Source of the DNA: a virus
DNA length: 64,000 nucleotides
Direction: 5' to 3' (one strand)
Virus record (IMG/VR): IMGVR_UViG_3300021142_000012
Span: 1 to 64,000 of that record
Below are positions 26,188 through 35,829 of this stretch, piece after piece (position 1 is the stretch's first letter; every line of letters begins with the position of its first letter). Under the pieces are notes generated by a model. The model saw nothing but the letters and a program-made list of their open reading frames with translations, made no database searches and had not been told where the DNA came from. The translations under genes were made by a program, and so were the position numbers.

Positions 26188-28854
26188 ATGTCTTATGTAG
26201 ACGCATGGTTTGATCGCGAAAATGATATCATTCGAGTGGTCGAGCGTAATAAAAAACAAGAACGTGAATTCCGTGACATTCCTGTCAAGCACACGTTTTA
26301 TGTAAAAGATCCACGAGGAAAGCATCAGTCGATCTATAGCGAGCCTGTTCAACGGATCGTTTGTAAGAATACCAAAGAGCTTCGCAAAGAAATGGCTATC
26401 AATTCTGGTAAGCAATTATACGAAGCCGATATCAATCCTATTTTTGTAACACTCAGTGAAAACTATCTTAATCAAGATCCTCCTAAGCTAAACACAGCAT
26501 TTTTCGATATTGAGGTAGACTTTGATCCAGAACGTGGCTATGCGTCACCCGATGATGCATTCATGCCAATTACTGCCATTGCTGTCTACCTACAATGGAT
26601 GCAAACTATGATATGTCTAGCTGTACCTCCAAAAACATTAACTATGGAGGAAGCTAAAGAACAGGTCAAAGAATTCGATAATGTAATGCTGTATGCAACA
26701 GAAGCAGAAATGCTAGATGTGTTTTTAGATTTAATTAAAGATGCTGACGTTATTAGTGGTTGGAACTCCGAAGGGTTTGACGTACCTTATACAGTTAATC
26801 GTGTAACTAAAGCTCTAAGTAAAGATGATACTAGACGGTTTTGCCTATTTGATCAATTTCCAAAAAGACGCGAATATGAAAAATATGGTCGACAATCAGT
26901 TACCTATGATTTTGTAGGTCGTGTTCACATAGATAGTTTAGAGCTGTATCGTAAATACACCTACGAAGAACGCCATTCGTATCGATTAGATGCTATTGCC
27001 GAATATGAATTAGGGCAACGTAAGACACAGTACGAAGGCACATTGGATCAGTTATATAATAATGATTTTAAAACATTCGTTGAGTATAATATCAATGACT
27101 GCCAACTGCTCGAGGATCTCGATAAGAAACTTAAATTTATCGACCTTGCTAACACACTAGCACACGAAAACACAGTGCTACTACAGACAACAATGGGTGC
27201 GGTAGCTGTTACAGAACAAGCTATTATTAATGAAGCACATCGTAGAAATATGATTGTGCCCAATCGCACTAAGATGGATGAACGCGAAGATACTCAAGCG
27301 GCTGGAGCCTATGTTGCTCATCCTAAAGAAGGACTACAAGATTGGATCGGATCTCTAGATATTAACTCACTATATCCTAGTGCGATTAGAGCACTTAACA
27401 TGGGGCCGGAGACTATTGTAGGACAGCTTCGTCCAATCCGAACTAAAGAATTTATTGAAAATCAAATGGCTAAAAGTAAAAGTTTTGCGGCTGCTTGGGA
27501 AGGTAAGTTCGGCACAGACGAATATGAAGCTGTAATGAATCAAGAAATTGGCACAGACATTACAATTGATTGGGAAAACGGTGATAGTGATATACTAAGT
27601 GCCGCAGAAGTCTATAGACTTATATTTGAAAGTAATCAACCTTGGATGTTGAGTGCTAATGGTACTATCTTTACACACGAGACAGAAGGTATTATTCCAG
27701 GGCTACTAAAACGTTGGTATGCTGAACGTAAAGAGATGCAGGCCAAACTCAAGGAGGCTATAAATGCTGGAAATAAAATTGAAGAAGAATATTGGGATAA
27801 ACGCCAATTGGTTAAAAAGATTAACCTCAATTCGCTTTACGGCGCCATCCTCAATCCTGGCTGTCGCTTTTTTGATAAGCGTATTGGCCAATCTACAACT
27901 CTTACTGGGCGTCAAATTGCCAAACACATGGCTTCTAAAGTCAATGAAATCATCACTGGTGAATACAATCACGTCGGAAAAGCAGTCATCTACGGTGATA
28001 CAGACTCCTGTTATTTTAGCGCCTACAAAACCCTTAAGAAAGAAATAGACAGTGGTGCCATTCCTTGGACGAAGGAAACTGTTATACAACTATATGATCA
28101 AATCGGTGAAGAGGTTAATCAAACCTTTCCGCAGTTTATGTTAGATGCGTTCCATGTACCAAAGGCCCGCGGTGAAGTTATTAAAGCTGGACGAGAAATT
28201 GTAGCATCAAAAGGCTTGTTCATTACTAAGAAACGATATGCTGTTCTCTATTACGATAAGGAAGGCAAGCGTGTAGACGTAGATGGTAAACCAGGTAAGA
28301 TCAAAGCCATGGGTCTAGACCTTAAGCGCAGTGATACTCCGGAGTTTATCCAAAACTTCTTAAGTGATGTACTCGAAATGGTTCTTATGGGTAAGCCCGA
28401 ACAAGAAGTACTAGATCATATTAGCGAATTCCGTATTAGATTCAAAGCTCGCCCAGGCTGGGAAAAAGGCTCGCCAAAGCGTGCTAACAATATCACAGAA
28501 TACGAAGCTAAGGAAAAGAAACAAGGTAAAGCCAATATGCCCGGACATGTCCGTGCAAGCATCAATTGGATGACATTAAAGCGAATGTTCGATGACAAGT
28601 ATTCAATGAATATTACAGACGGACAAAAGGTTATTGTTTGTAAGCTCAAGCCCAATCCTTTAGAATTTACCTCAGTGGCGTATCCAGTAGACGAATTGAG
28701 ACTACCGCAGTGGTTCAAAGACTTACCATTTGATCATTCTGAAATGGAGCAGACTATTATTGATAATAAATTAGATAATCTTATTGGAGTACTTCATTGG
28801 GATATTACCTCAACAGAAGAAAAGAATACTTTTAATAGTTTATTTGAGTTTTAA
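26188..28854 (+). CDS. Family B DNA polymerase (T4 gp43-like)
   Basis: Exonuclease FDIE, WNSEGFD and YNINDC; polymerase DINSLYPS, KINLNSLYG and YGDTDS. Confidence 0.97.
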   Translation: MSYVDAWFDRENDIIRVVERNKKQEREFRDIPVKHTFYVKDPRGKHQSIYSEPVQRIVCKNTKELRKEMAINSGKQLYEADINPIFVTLSENYLNQDPPKLNTAFFDIEVDFDPERGYASPDDAFMPITAIAVYLQWMQTMICLAVPPKTLTMEEAKEQVKEFDNVMLYATEAEMLDVFLDLIKDADVISGWNSEGFDVPYTVNRVTKALSKDDTRRFCLFDQFPKRREYEKYGRQSVTYDFVGRVHIDSLELYRKYTYEERHSYRLDAIAEYELGQRKTQYEGTLDQLYNNDFKTFVEYNINDCQLLEDLDKKLKFIDLANTLAHENTVLLQTTMGAVAVTEQAIINEAHRRNMIVPNRTKMDEREDTQAAGAYVAHPKEGLQDWIGSLDINSLYPSAIRALNMGPETIVGQLRPIRTKEFIENQMAKSKSFAAAWEGKFGTDEYEAVMNQEIGTDITIDWENGDSDILSAAEVYRLIFESNQPWMLSANGTIFTHETEGIIPGLLKRWYAERKEMQAKLKEAINAGNKIEEEYWDKRQLVKKINLNSLYGAILNPGCRFFDKRIGQSTTLTGRQIAKHMASKVNEIITGEYNHVGKAVIYGDTDSCYFSAYKTLKKEIDSGAIPWTKETVIQLYDQIGEEVNQTFPQFMLDAFHVPKARGEVIKAGREIVASKGLFITKKRYAVLYYDKEGKRVDVDGKPGKIKAMGLDLKRSDTPEFIQNFLSDVLEMVLMGKPEQEVLDHISEFRIRFKARPGWEKGSPKRANNITEYEAKEKKQGKANMPGHVRASINWMTLKRMFDDKYSMNITDGQKVIVCKLKPNPLEFTSVAYPVDELRLPQWFKDLPFDHSEMEQTIIDNKLDNLIGVLHWDITSTEEKNTFNSLFEF

Positions 28855-28859
28855 ATTGC

Positions 28860-28888
28860 TTGACTTTATCCAAAAACCTAAATATAAT
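28860..28888 (+). promoter_or_regulatory. Sigma70 promoter with an embedded CTAAATA
   Basis: TTGACT-17 nt-TATAAT. Confidence 0.75.
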
Positions 28889-28908
28889 CATACAACATGG
28901 AGAAACAT

Positions 28909-29640
28909 ATGAAAGATATATTACAAGACCTAGTAGCACATACACACTCACTAGGGTTTATTCCGCTAGTTAAAGTTTCTAGTACTGCATCAGCAACTGA
29001 TATCGAAGCTATGGCCGAAGATCGTTCAGTTATTGTACAGGCTAAAACAAATAGCCCAGTAGATGAGTTCGAAGGCGTATTTGGTATGCCTAACTTAAAC
29101 AAGTTAGATATTCATTTAAAGTGTCCAGAATATAAAGAAGATGCAAAGATTAGTATTGTTACAGCAGAACGTAACGGTGAAACTATTCCAACAGGTTTAC
29201 ATTTTGTAAATGCCGCAGGCGATTTTGAAAATAACTATCGTTTTATGAATACTGAAGTTATCAATGAAAAACTTCGTTCAGTTAAGATGCGTCAAGTACC
29301 TTGGGACATTGAGTTTGAACCAACTATTGCTAGTATTCAAAAATTACGCTTTCAAGCGGCGGCACACTCGGAAGAGACAGTGTTTGAAGTTAAGACAGAC
29401 GGTACTAATTTGATATTCAGCTTTGGCGATGCGTCAACACACGCTGGCTCATTTATTTTTGCATCGAATGTTGTTGGCAAATTGAAACAAACTTGGGCAT
29501 GGCCTGTTAATCAAGTTATGGCAATCTTAGCGTTAGCTGGCGACAAAACTATGCGTATTGCAGATGCAGGTGCTATGCAAATTAGTGTAAACAGTGGTTT
29601 AGCTGAGTACAACTATATTCTTCCAGCACAAAGCAAGTAA
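28909..29640 (+). CDS. Putative sliding clamp (gp45/PCNA-like)
   Basis: ~243 aa, immediately after the polymerase; beta/alpha two-domain pattern ending YNYILPA; a clamp loader is present in the window. Confidence 0.6.
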   Translation: MKDILQDLVAHTHSLGFIPLVKVSSTASATDIEAMAEDRSVIVQAKTNSPVDEFEGVFGMPNLNKLDIHLKCPEYKEDAKISIVTAERNGETIPTGLHFVNAAGDFENNYRFMNTEVINEKLRSVKMRQVPWDIEFEPTIASIQKLRFQAAAHSEETVFEVKTDGTNLIFSFGDASTHAGSFIFASNVVGKLKQTWAWPVNQVMAILALAGDKTMRIADAGAMQISVNSGLAEYNYILPAQSK

Positions 29641-31322
29641 TGAATAAGAATCTAACTGCTACACAAAACGACTATGCCTTCTTTTTGCCGGCAACGTCTG
29701 GATTCTATAGTACTTTCATAGGCAAACAACGCTATAGTAACTATGTAGATCCTGCACGTATTCCTGCTAGTTTTACCAACGGCGTAGAAGGTTTGAACTA
29801 TCTAGAACCCGATAAAGGTATGTTTTATTTCGATCATTGTTTGTATTCGGCAGGACATGCTAACTTAGATTTGTCTAAGCCAGATGAAACCGAAGACATG
29901 TTTCGTAATAGAGATCGTACAACCAGTTGGGTATTAGGTGACTCTGGTGGTTTCCAGATCGGTAAAGGTGTGTGGGCAGGTGAATGGAAGGATCCGACCG
30001 GTCCAGAAGTGCTGGCTAAATTACAGGATTGTATTGCTAAGGGTGTTGAATTAATCCCAGTATACGATGCTAGCGGAACACAAAAAGTAGATAAGAACGG
30101 AAATCCAAAGTTTACTAAGTTTGATCATGTTAAAGATTATACTGCTAAATTAGAAGCCGCACAAAAGAAGCGTGAACAAGTATTAGCATGGATGGATGCA
30201 CTTATGGACTATGGCATGGTACTTGATATTCCAGCATGGGTAGAACGCAGTGAAGTCGGTAAGGCGGCAACCGGTATTGAAAGTTATGATCAAGCCGTAG
30301 AAGCAACCAAATACAACAATGAATACTTTATCAAGCATCGTACAGGTGCTTGCAAGTTCTTAAATGTGCTTCAAGGCGAAACACACACCCAAGCTGAAGA
30401 CTGGTATCAGAAAATGAAAGACTTTTGTGATCCTAAAGTCTATGGCGACAAGGCTTTTAATGGTTGGGCCATGGGTGGACAGAATATGTGTGACGTAGAA
30501 TTAGTTTTGAAAAGATTAGTGGCATTACGCTTTGACGGACTCCTTAAAAAGGGTCAACATGATTGGATGCACTTCCTGGGCACCTCTAAGTTAGAGTGGG
30601 CAACTTTATTAACTGACATACAACGTGCCGTAAGGAAATATCATAATGAAAACTTTACCATCTCTTTTGATTGCGCCTCACCGTTCCTTGCAACAGCAAA
30701 CGGTCAAATCTACATCAACACTGAAACAGAGCATAACGAAAAATGGGTCTACCGTATGCAGGCTAGCGCAGACGATAAAAAGTACGCACACGACACAAGA
30801 CTGTTTAAAGATGCAGTAATACAAGACAAATGGTTTGATAAGTTTGAATCTAGTCCTATTATCGATCAAGTGCAAATAAAAGATATCTGTATCTATGCGC
30901 CCGGCGACCTAAATAAGAATAGTAAAGAAGGTAAGACTAGTTGGGATAGTTTTAGCTATGCTATTATGATGGGACATAATGTGTGGATGCATATTAATGC
31001 TGTACAAGAAGCCAATCGTCAATATGATAAAGGTGTTTCTCCTGCTATGTTGATTCAAAGACTTACAGGAAAATTATTTAAAGATGTAGTAGATGAGATA
31101 TTCTCTATCAATGATAGGACTTTAGCTCTTGAAGCTGTCAACAAGTATCATAAATTTTTTGAAACTATTATTGGTACTAGAGGTGCAACAGGCAAAAAAC
31201 TCACTAATGCACATACCTATGCAGACGAACTTGACATTCCTCGAGTTGATTATAGTGATTTGAAACCTGTAAAAAAAGAAGAACCCGTAACTAACACATT
31301 TGACAGTTTATTTGAAGTATGA
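29640..31322 (+). CDS. dpdA: DpdA-like DNA-guanine transglycosylase (TGT fold)
   Basis: TGT motifs DSGGFQ, MVLDIP, VLQG, AMGG, HFLG, SFDCAS and HN; neighbours folE, queD and queE. Confidence 0.8.
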   Translation: MNKNLTATQNDYAFFLPATSGFYSTFIGKQRYSNYVDPARIPASFTNGVEGLNYLEPDKGMFYFDHCLYSAGHANLDLSKPDETEDMFRNRDRTTSWVLGDSGGFQIGKGVWAGEWKDPTGPEVLAKLQDCIAKGVELIPVYDASGTQKVDKNGNPKFTKFDHVKDYTAKLEAAQKKREQVLAWMDALMDYGMVLDIPAWVERSEVGKAATGIESYDQAVEATKYNNEYFIKHRTGACKFLNVLQGETHTQAEDWYQKMKDFCDPKVYGDKAFNGWAMGGQNMCDVELVLKRLVALRFDGLLKKGQHDWMHFLGTSKLEWATLLTDIQRAVRKYHNENFTISFDCASPFLATANGQIYINTETEHNEKWVYRMQASADDKKYAHDTRLFKDAVIQDKWFDKFESSPIIDQVQIKDICIYAPGDLNKNSKEGKTSWDSFSYAIMMGHNVWMHINAVQEANRQYDKGVSPAMLIQRLTGKLFKDVVDEIFSINDRTLALEAVNKYHKFFETIIGTRGATGKKLTNAHTYADELDIPRVDYSDLKPVKKEEPVTNTFDSLFEV

Positions 31323-32536
31323 AAAAACGAATAGGTATCATCGGAGTCGGTACTGCTGGCATTGTTAATCTTTCTTATTTTTTAAGTTTGTTAAGCAATG
31401 ACTACGAAGTCGTATCTATATACGATCCGTCGATACCTATTCTCGGTATTGGTGAAAGTACTAATCCCGGATTTATTAGAATACTAGAGCAGGGTACTAG
31501 ATTTTCTATTTCCGAAGATACGCACCATCTTGATAGCACATACAAATTTGGAACCCAATTTATTAATTGGCGAGAGCATGATTGGCTTAATCCATTAATT
31601 GGCGGCGGTATCGCTGTGCATTTTAATAATTTTAAATTAAAAGAATTTGCTTTTGAACGATTTGCCAAATTATGGCCAAAAAAGTTTTCTGTAATTGAAG
31701 GAACAGTTAATGAAACTATTGATAAGTTTAATAGTGTTAAGCTCATCATCGATGGAAGCGAAGAACTATTTGATTATATCATAGATTGTAGCGGATTTCC
31801 CAAGGACTATTCTACAGACTATGTTCATAGTAGTTGTAGTCTGCTAAACCATTGCTATGTACATAGTTTTGAAAAATTTGATCCTATACCCTATACAGAA
31901 CATATTGCTACCCAAAACGGTTGGATGTTCGGTATTCCGTTGCAATCTAGAAAAACATATGGCTACTTATTCAATGACACTATCACTACAGAAGACGATG
32001 CCAAACAAGATATGGCAGCTACTTTAAAAATTTCAGTTAGCGAATTAAAATTAAGAGAATACAAATTCAAACCTTATTATACTACTAGACTAGTTAATAA
32101 TAATATTATGAAGAATGGTAATCAAGCATTGTTCTTTGAACCGATTAGTGCTACTTCGATTAATCAGTATGTTAGTACCTGTCATATTTTGTTTGATTAT
32201 ATTATGGAAAATATATCTGAAGAACAGGCTAATGCACAATTTATTCACGAATCGAATGTAACTGAGGATATCATAAATTATTATTATCACGGTGGTACTA
32301 ATTTTGACAGCACATTTTGGCAAGCAGCCAAAAAAAATGCCATCAATAATCTTAAAGATAACCAACGTTTTAAAACAATCTTAGACCAAAATCAAATGGC
32401 AAATGACATCGGACTTCCATATAATGGCCCCGCCCATTTGTTCACTGCTTATAGTCTACAGATTATTGATGAAGGATTTGGCTATAATTACTTCAAAGGT
32501 TCTCCAAGACCGTTTGACAATGTAGACAAATCATAG
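31319..32536 (+). CDS. Divergent flavin-dependent tryptophan-halogenase-like protein
   Basis: GVGTAG, GIGEST, TYKFG, IDCSGF, GWMFGIP, FFEPISAT. Confidence 0.7.
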   Translation: MKKRIGIIGVGTAGIVNLSYFLSLLSNDYEVVSIYDPSIPILGIGESTNPGFIRILEQGTRFSISEDTHHLDSTYKFGTQFINWREHDWLNPLIGGGIAVHFNNFKLKEFAFERFAKLWPKKFSVIEGTVNETIDKFNSVKLIIDGSEELFDYIIDCSGFPKDYSTDYVHSSCSLLNHCYVHSFEKFDPIPYTEHIATQNGWMFGIPLQSRKTYGYLFNDTITTEDDAKQDMAATLKISVSELKLREYKFKPYYTTRLVNNNIMKNGNQALFFEPISATSINQYVSTCHILFDYIMENISEEQANAQFIHESNVTEDIINYYYHGGTNFDSTFWQAAKKNAINNLKDNQRFKTILDQNQMANDIGLPYNGPAHLFTAYSLQIIDEGFGYNYFKGSPRPFDNVDKS

Positions 32537-32542
32537 TATAAT
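32514..32542 (+). promoter_or_regulatory. Consensus sigma70 promoter
   Basis: TTGACA-17 nt-TATAAT overlapping the end of the CDS. Confidence 0.8.
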
Positions 32543-32570
32543 CATATATAACCAAACATTAAGGTAAAGC

Positions 32571-33098
32571 ATGAAACGTAATTATAAAACAGGAGTATCA
32601 GAACAAGTTACTTTGTTTACAGGTATAGAAATTGAACGTACCCCTGCATATGGTATGAAAACATTATTTGTAGTAGGAGTACAGGATGGCGATGTATTAG
32701 GGCATATAGCTAAAATACAAAATTGTACTCACGTATATTTCGGTGCTAATCAGAGTTTTCCAAAGCTAAAAACTAATGATGCAGCCGGTTGGAAACCTTG
32801 GGAAGATATGATTCAAAGCTGTTTGGATGCAGGATTATGGTGCACCTTAGATTTTGATGTTGCCCAAGCTGAAGGATTGCTTGAAAGTGGTTTAACCGAA
32901 TGTCGTAGATTTATTCCACAAGTTAGTGTAAAATTACCTTATCTAGCACAGTTAGGTTATAATGCTACAATTAAAATCGACGATAAAGATTTTGAAGCAA
33001 GTAATCCAGGTGTATGGTGTGTACCGATTGGTGCCATTACACAACGCAAGTACTTTACCAATTGGGATGAATATGGCAAGGATGAAATCATAGCATGA
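32571..33098 (+). CDS. Hypothetical protein in the deazaguanine cluster
   Basis: 175-aa ORF; first gene after the promoter. Confidence 0.7.
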   Translation: MKRNYKTGVSEQVTLFTGIEIERTPAYGMKTLFVVGVQDGDVLGHIAKIQNCTHVYFGANQSFPKLKTNDAAGWKPWEDMIQSCLDAGLWCTLDFDVAQAEGLLESGLTECRRFIPQVSVKLPYLAQLGYNATIKIDDKDFEASNPGVWCVPIGAITQRKYFTNWDEYGKDEIIA

Positions 33099-33688
33099 AC
33101 AACCAAATTAAACAACAAATAGAAAATCTAATATGCAAGCCCTTAATAGGCATGCCAGTTCCTACTAATCAAGGCGGTCACGCCGGAAGAGAAGTTGAAA
33201 CGATTCTAGAAAATATGGGTGTTCCGATTAAAAAAGGATCAGGTGCAGATATTACAATACAGGTAACGTTGCTCGGTATAAAATATTTTATCGAAGTAAA
33301 GACACGAGATAAAGACGCAACAAGCCCACATACAGTCGGAACTATACATACAGATAATTTGTCAGTATGCTATGAAGATTCAAATATATGGGAAAAATTG
33401 CAATATCAAATTAGAATTACTACAGAAAATGGTATAATAATTAAATCTGAATTATATGATTTTACTAGAAAACATATACAAGATAAATTTAAAGAAGCAT
33501 ATGATTATGGTATAAAGTATATTATTGCTAACGAATTTTGTTCATCTACACCAATAGATGGGCATTGGGCATATTTTGAAAGAAAGGCTGCCGAATCAAA
33601 TAGTTTTCAATACCGGTTAAGCAAAAATGATATGCCTGCAATAGAAAGAATGGCCAAGACAGTTGACAATTTATTTGAAGAACTTTAA
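33095..33688 (+). CDS. PD-(D/E)xK restriction-endonuclease-like protein
   Basis: GREVE...GADI...IEVKTR. Confidence 0.6.
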   Translation: MNNQIKQQIENLICKPLIGMPVPTNQGGHAGREVETILENMGVPIKKGSGADITIQVTLLGIKYFIEVKTRDKDATSPHTVGTIHTDNLSVCYEDSNIWEKLQYQIRITTENGIIIKSELYDFTRKHIQDKFKEAYDYGIKYIIANEFCSSTPIDGHWAYFERKAAESNSFQYRLSKNDMPAIERMAKTVDNLFEEL

Positions 33689-33689
33689 C

Positions 33690-34079
33690 ATGATAATTCG
33701 ACAAGATATTAGACCAAACAAAATGATCTGGGTTACCTTTCGTAAAGAAGGTATTCATCGTTATCCGGCTGCCGCTACAGATCCTAACTTGTGTACCGCA
33801 GGAGAATATGATGTTAGTTTCCTAGCTAATGCACATAGACATATATTCCATTTTAAAGTTTGGATTGGTGTAGAACATAACGATCGCGATATTGAATTTA
33901 TTCAATTTAAACGCTGGTGTGAAAGTTTGTACAATCAAGATATTTTACAGCTTGATTTTCAAAGTTGCGAAATGATGAGTGATGCATTGTATGCTCAGAT
34001 TGAAGCAAGGTACCCGGGCCGTGAGGTTTGGATTGAGGTCTCCGAAGATGGAGAAAATGGTAGTTTCATCAAATATTAA
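33690..34079 (+). CDS. queD: QueD/PTPS-like T-fold enzyme
   Basis: EGIH...HRHIFHF...DIEF...SCEMM...EVSEDGENG. Confidence 0.7.
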   Translation: MIIRQDIRPNKMIWVTFRKEGIHRYPAAATDPNLCTAGEYDVSFLANAHRHIFHFKVWIGVEHNDRDIEFIQFKRWCESLYNQDILQLDFQSCEMMSDALYAQIEARYPGREVWIEVSEDGENGSFIKY

Positions 34080-34089
34080 AGGTAAGACA

Positions 34090-34356
34090 ATGGCTCTGAA
34101 AAATTATAAAGAGTATAAGTATTTTGAAAATCGTCCTGATGTAGTAAAGATTTTTGAAGATCTTGAAAAGTTCCAAGATTTTTGTCGGTTGGAAATGGCT
34201 CCATTCGATGAAAGTCACTTGTACAACAGAGAAAGCTGGGCATGGAGAAACTATGAAAAGAGTCTTCGTCCTAAAAAGCCTTGGGATGGTCAAAAGAAGC
34301 AATGGACAGGTGAACGTAAACCTTACCAAGGAAAGAACTCAAGATATCAACAATGA
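34090..34356 (+). CDS. Hypothetical protein
   Basis: AAGG RBS before ATG 34090. Confidence 0.6.
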   Translation: MALKNYKEYKYFENRPDVVKIFEDLEKFQDFCRLEMAPFDESHLYNRESWAWRNYEKSLRPKKPWDGQKKQWTGERKPYQGKNSRYQQ

Positions 34357-35447
34357 CAGTCTATATAGTTGATCTAGAAGCAGTAGAAACGAGGTACACG
34401 GGTCAGTGGAAGACTCATGTGCCTCACCTCTTACGAAAGGCAGGACACGATGTTCAAATTATCTCTGGGCCTGAGGATATTCCTAAAGCCACTACTCCTG
34501 GTGCTTTTCTTAATTTTGGTGGCACCAATATATACAAGGCTAGTCAAGTTGAAAAGATTAGTCGCTTATTTTGCGCCGGATCAATTAATCCTGGTGATCA
34601 CTTCTTGTTTACTGATGCTTGGCATCCTGGTATCATAAATTTAAAGTATATGAGTGAACTGTTACAGATTCCTGTAACAACACATGGCTTGTGGCATGCT
34701 GGATCATATGATCCTCAAGATTTCTTAGGAAGATTAATTGGCAATGCTAAATGGGTGCGACGAGCAGAACAAAGTTTTTATCACGCTTATGATCATAACT
34801 ATTTTGCTACAGAATTCCATGTGAAATTATTCTTTGACGAATTATTACACAATGGGTTGGCTAGTGAAAATCCGTGGTACGAAGAAGATTGGGCAGAACG
34901 CTATAAAGGTGGAAAGATTGTGCGCACTGGTTGGCCAATGGAATATATGGAAGATGCCTTGCTAATGTATAAAGGTATGGAAAAGCGTGATCTTATTCTT
35001 TTTCCACACAGAATCGCTCCAGAAAAGCAAGTTGAAATTTTTAGAGACTTAGCAGAACATTTACCACAATATGAATTTGTAGTGTGCCAAGATAAGCAAT
35101 TAAGTAAAAACGAATATCATAATTTGTTAGGTGAAGCGAAAATGGTATTCAGTGCCAACTTACAAGAAACGCTAGGTATTAGTTGGTATGAAGGATGCAT
35201 TGTGGGTGCTATTCCCATGGTTCCTGATAGATTGAGCTATAGTGAAATGGCATTAGATGATTTCAAATATCCTAGCGAATGGACTGAAAACTATGCAAGC
35301 TATGAAAGACACCGTGAAGAAATTATCGCTAAGATTAAAAGTCAGATGGATTCGTATCAGAGATTGGTACCGACAATTTACAAACAAACCGAAATCCTAC
35401 GCGACAATTTCTTTTCCGCAGACGTGTTACTCGACCATATCAAGTAA
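34353..35447 (+). CDS. GT-B fold glycosyltransferase
   Basis: FPHRIAPEK and the ETLGISWYEG (Ex7E) motif. Confidence 0.8.
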   Translation: MTVYIVDLEAVETRYTGQWKTHVPHLLRKAGHDVQIISGPEDIPKATTPGAFLNFGGTNIYKASQVEKISRLFCAGSINPGDHFLFTDAWHPGIINLKYMSELLQIPVTTHGLWHAGSYDPQDFLGRLIGNAKWVRRAEQSFYHAYDHNYFATEFHVKLFFDELLHNGLASENPWYEEDWAERYKGGKIVRTGWPMEYMEDALLMYKGMEKRDLILFPHRIAPEKQVEIFRDLAEHLPQYEFVVCQDKQLSKNEYHNLLGEAKMVFSANLQETLGISWYEGCIVGAIPMVPDRLSYSEMALDDFKYPSEWTENYASYERHREEIIAKIKSQMDSYQRLVPTIYKQTEILRDNFFSADVLLDHIK

Positions 35448-35829
35448 CGATACTATTACATTGACATCAACATCTACACAAGGACTTACAATAGGCGGTG
35501 GGTATACATCATATACTATCGGTAGTGGCATTGCAAGTCTTTCTGCTAGTAGTCCTAGTACTATTACTGTGACTGGTTTTGGTGGTGCAGGTACTACTAA
35601 TCCCTGCGTTGTCAATATCGGTGCTGGTTACAATCCGTGCTGGAATACTTCTACAGGATTTGGTGGTACAACAATATGGGGCGAAGATTTTATAGATCGT
35701 GTACCCGATATTAACCGAATCAACGACATGTGCAAGCAATATCCAGCATTAGATATTGCTTGGACCAAATTTAAAACAACTTATAGACTTGTAAAAGACG
35801 ATTATGATGCTTCAAAAACTTCTAACTAA
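35293..35829 (+). CDS. Hypothetical Thr/Gly-rich protein (start uncertain)
   Basis: Open frame fills the gap to the cupin gene; the upstream ATGs lie inside the glycosyltransferase gene. Confidence 0.5.
   Translation: MQAMKDTVKKLSLRLKVRWIRIRDWYRQFTNKPKSYATISFPQTCYSTISSNDTITLTSTSTQGLTIGGGYTSYTIGSGIASLSASSPSTITVTGFGGAGTTNPCVVNIGAGYNPCWNTSTGFGGTTIWGEDFIDRVPDINRINDMCKQYPALDIAWTKFKTTYRLVKDDYDASKTSN

Noticed and set aside
14870-28718. Numerous 60-190 aa antisense or alternate-frame ORFs in the track
   Set aside because: They are shadows of well-supported genes, with no RBS or recognisable motifs.
29640-31322. Calling this a tRNA-modifying Tgt
   Set aside because: Its position in the replication operon, divergence from bacterial Tgt and polymerase-like tail favour a DNA substrate; a tRNA substrate is not formally excluded.
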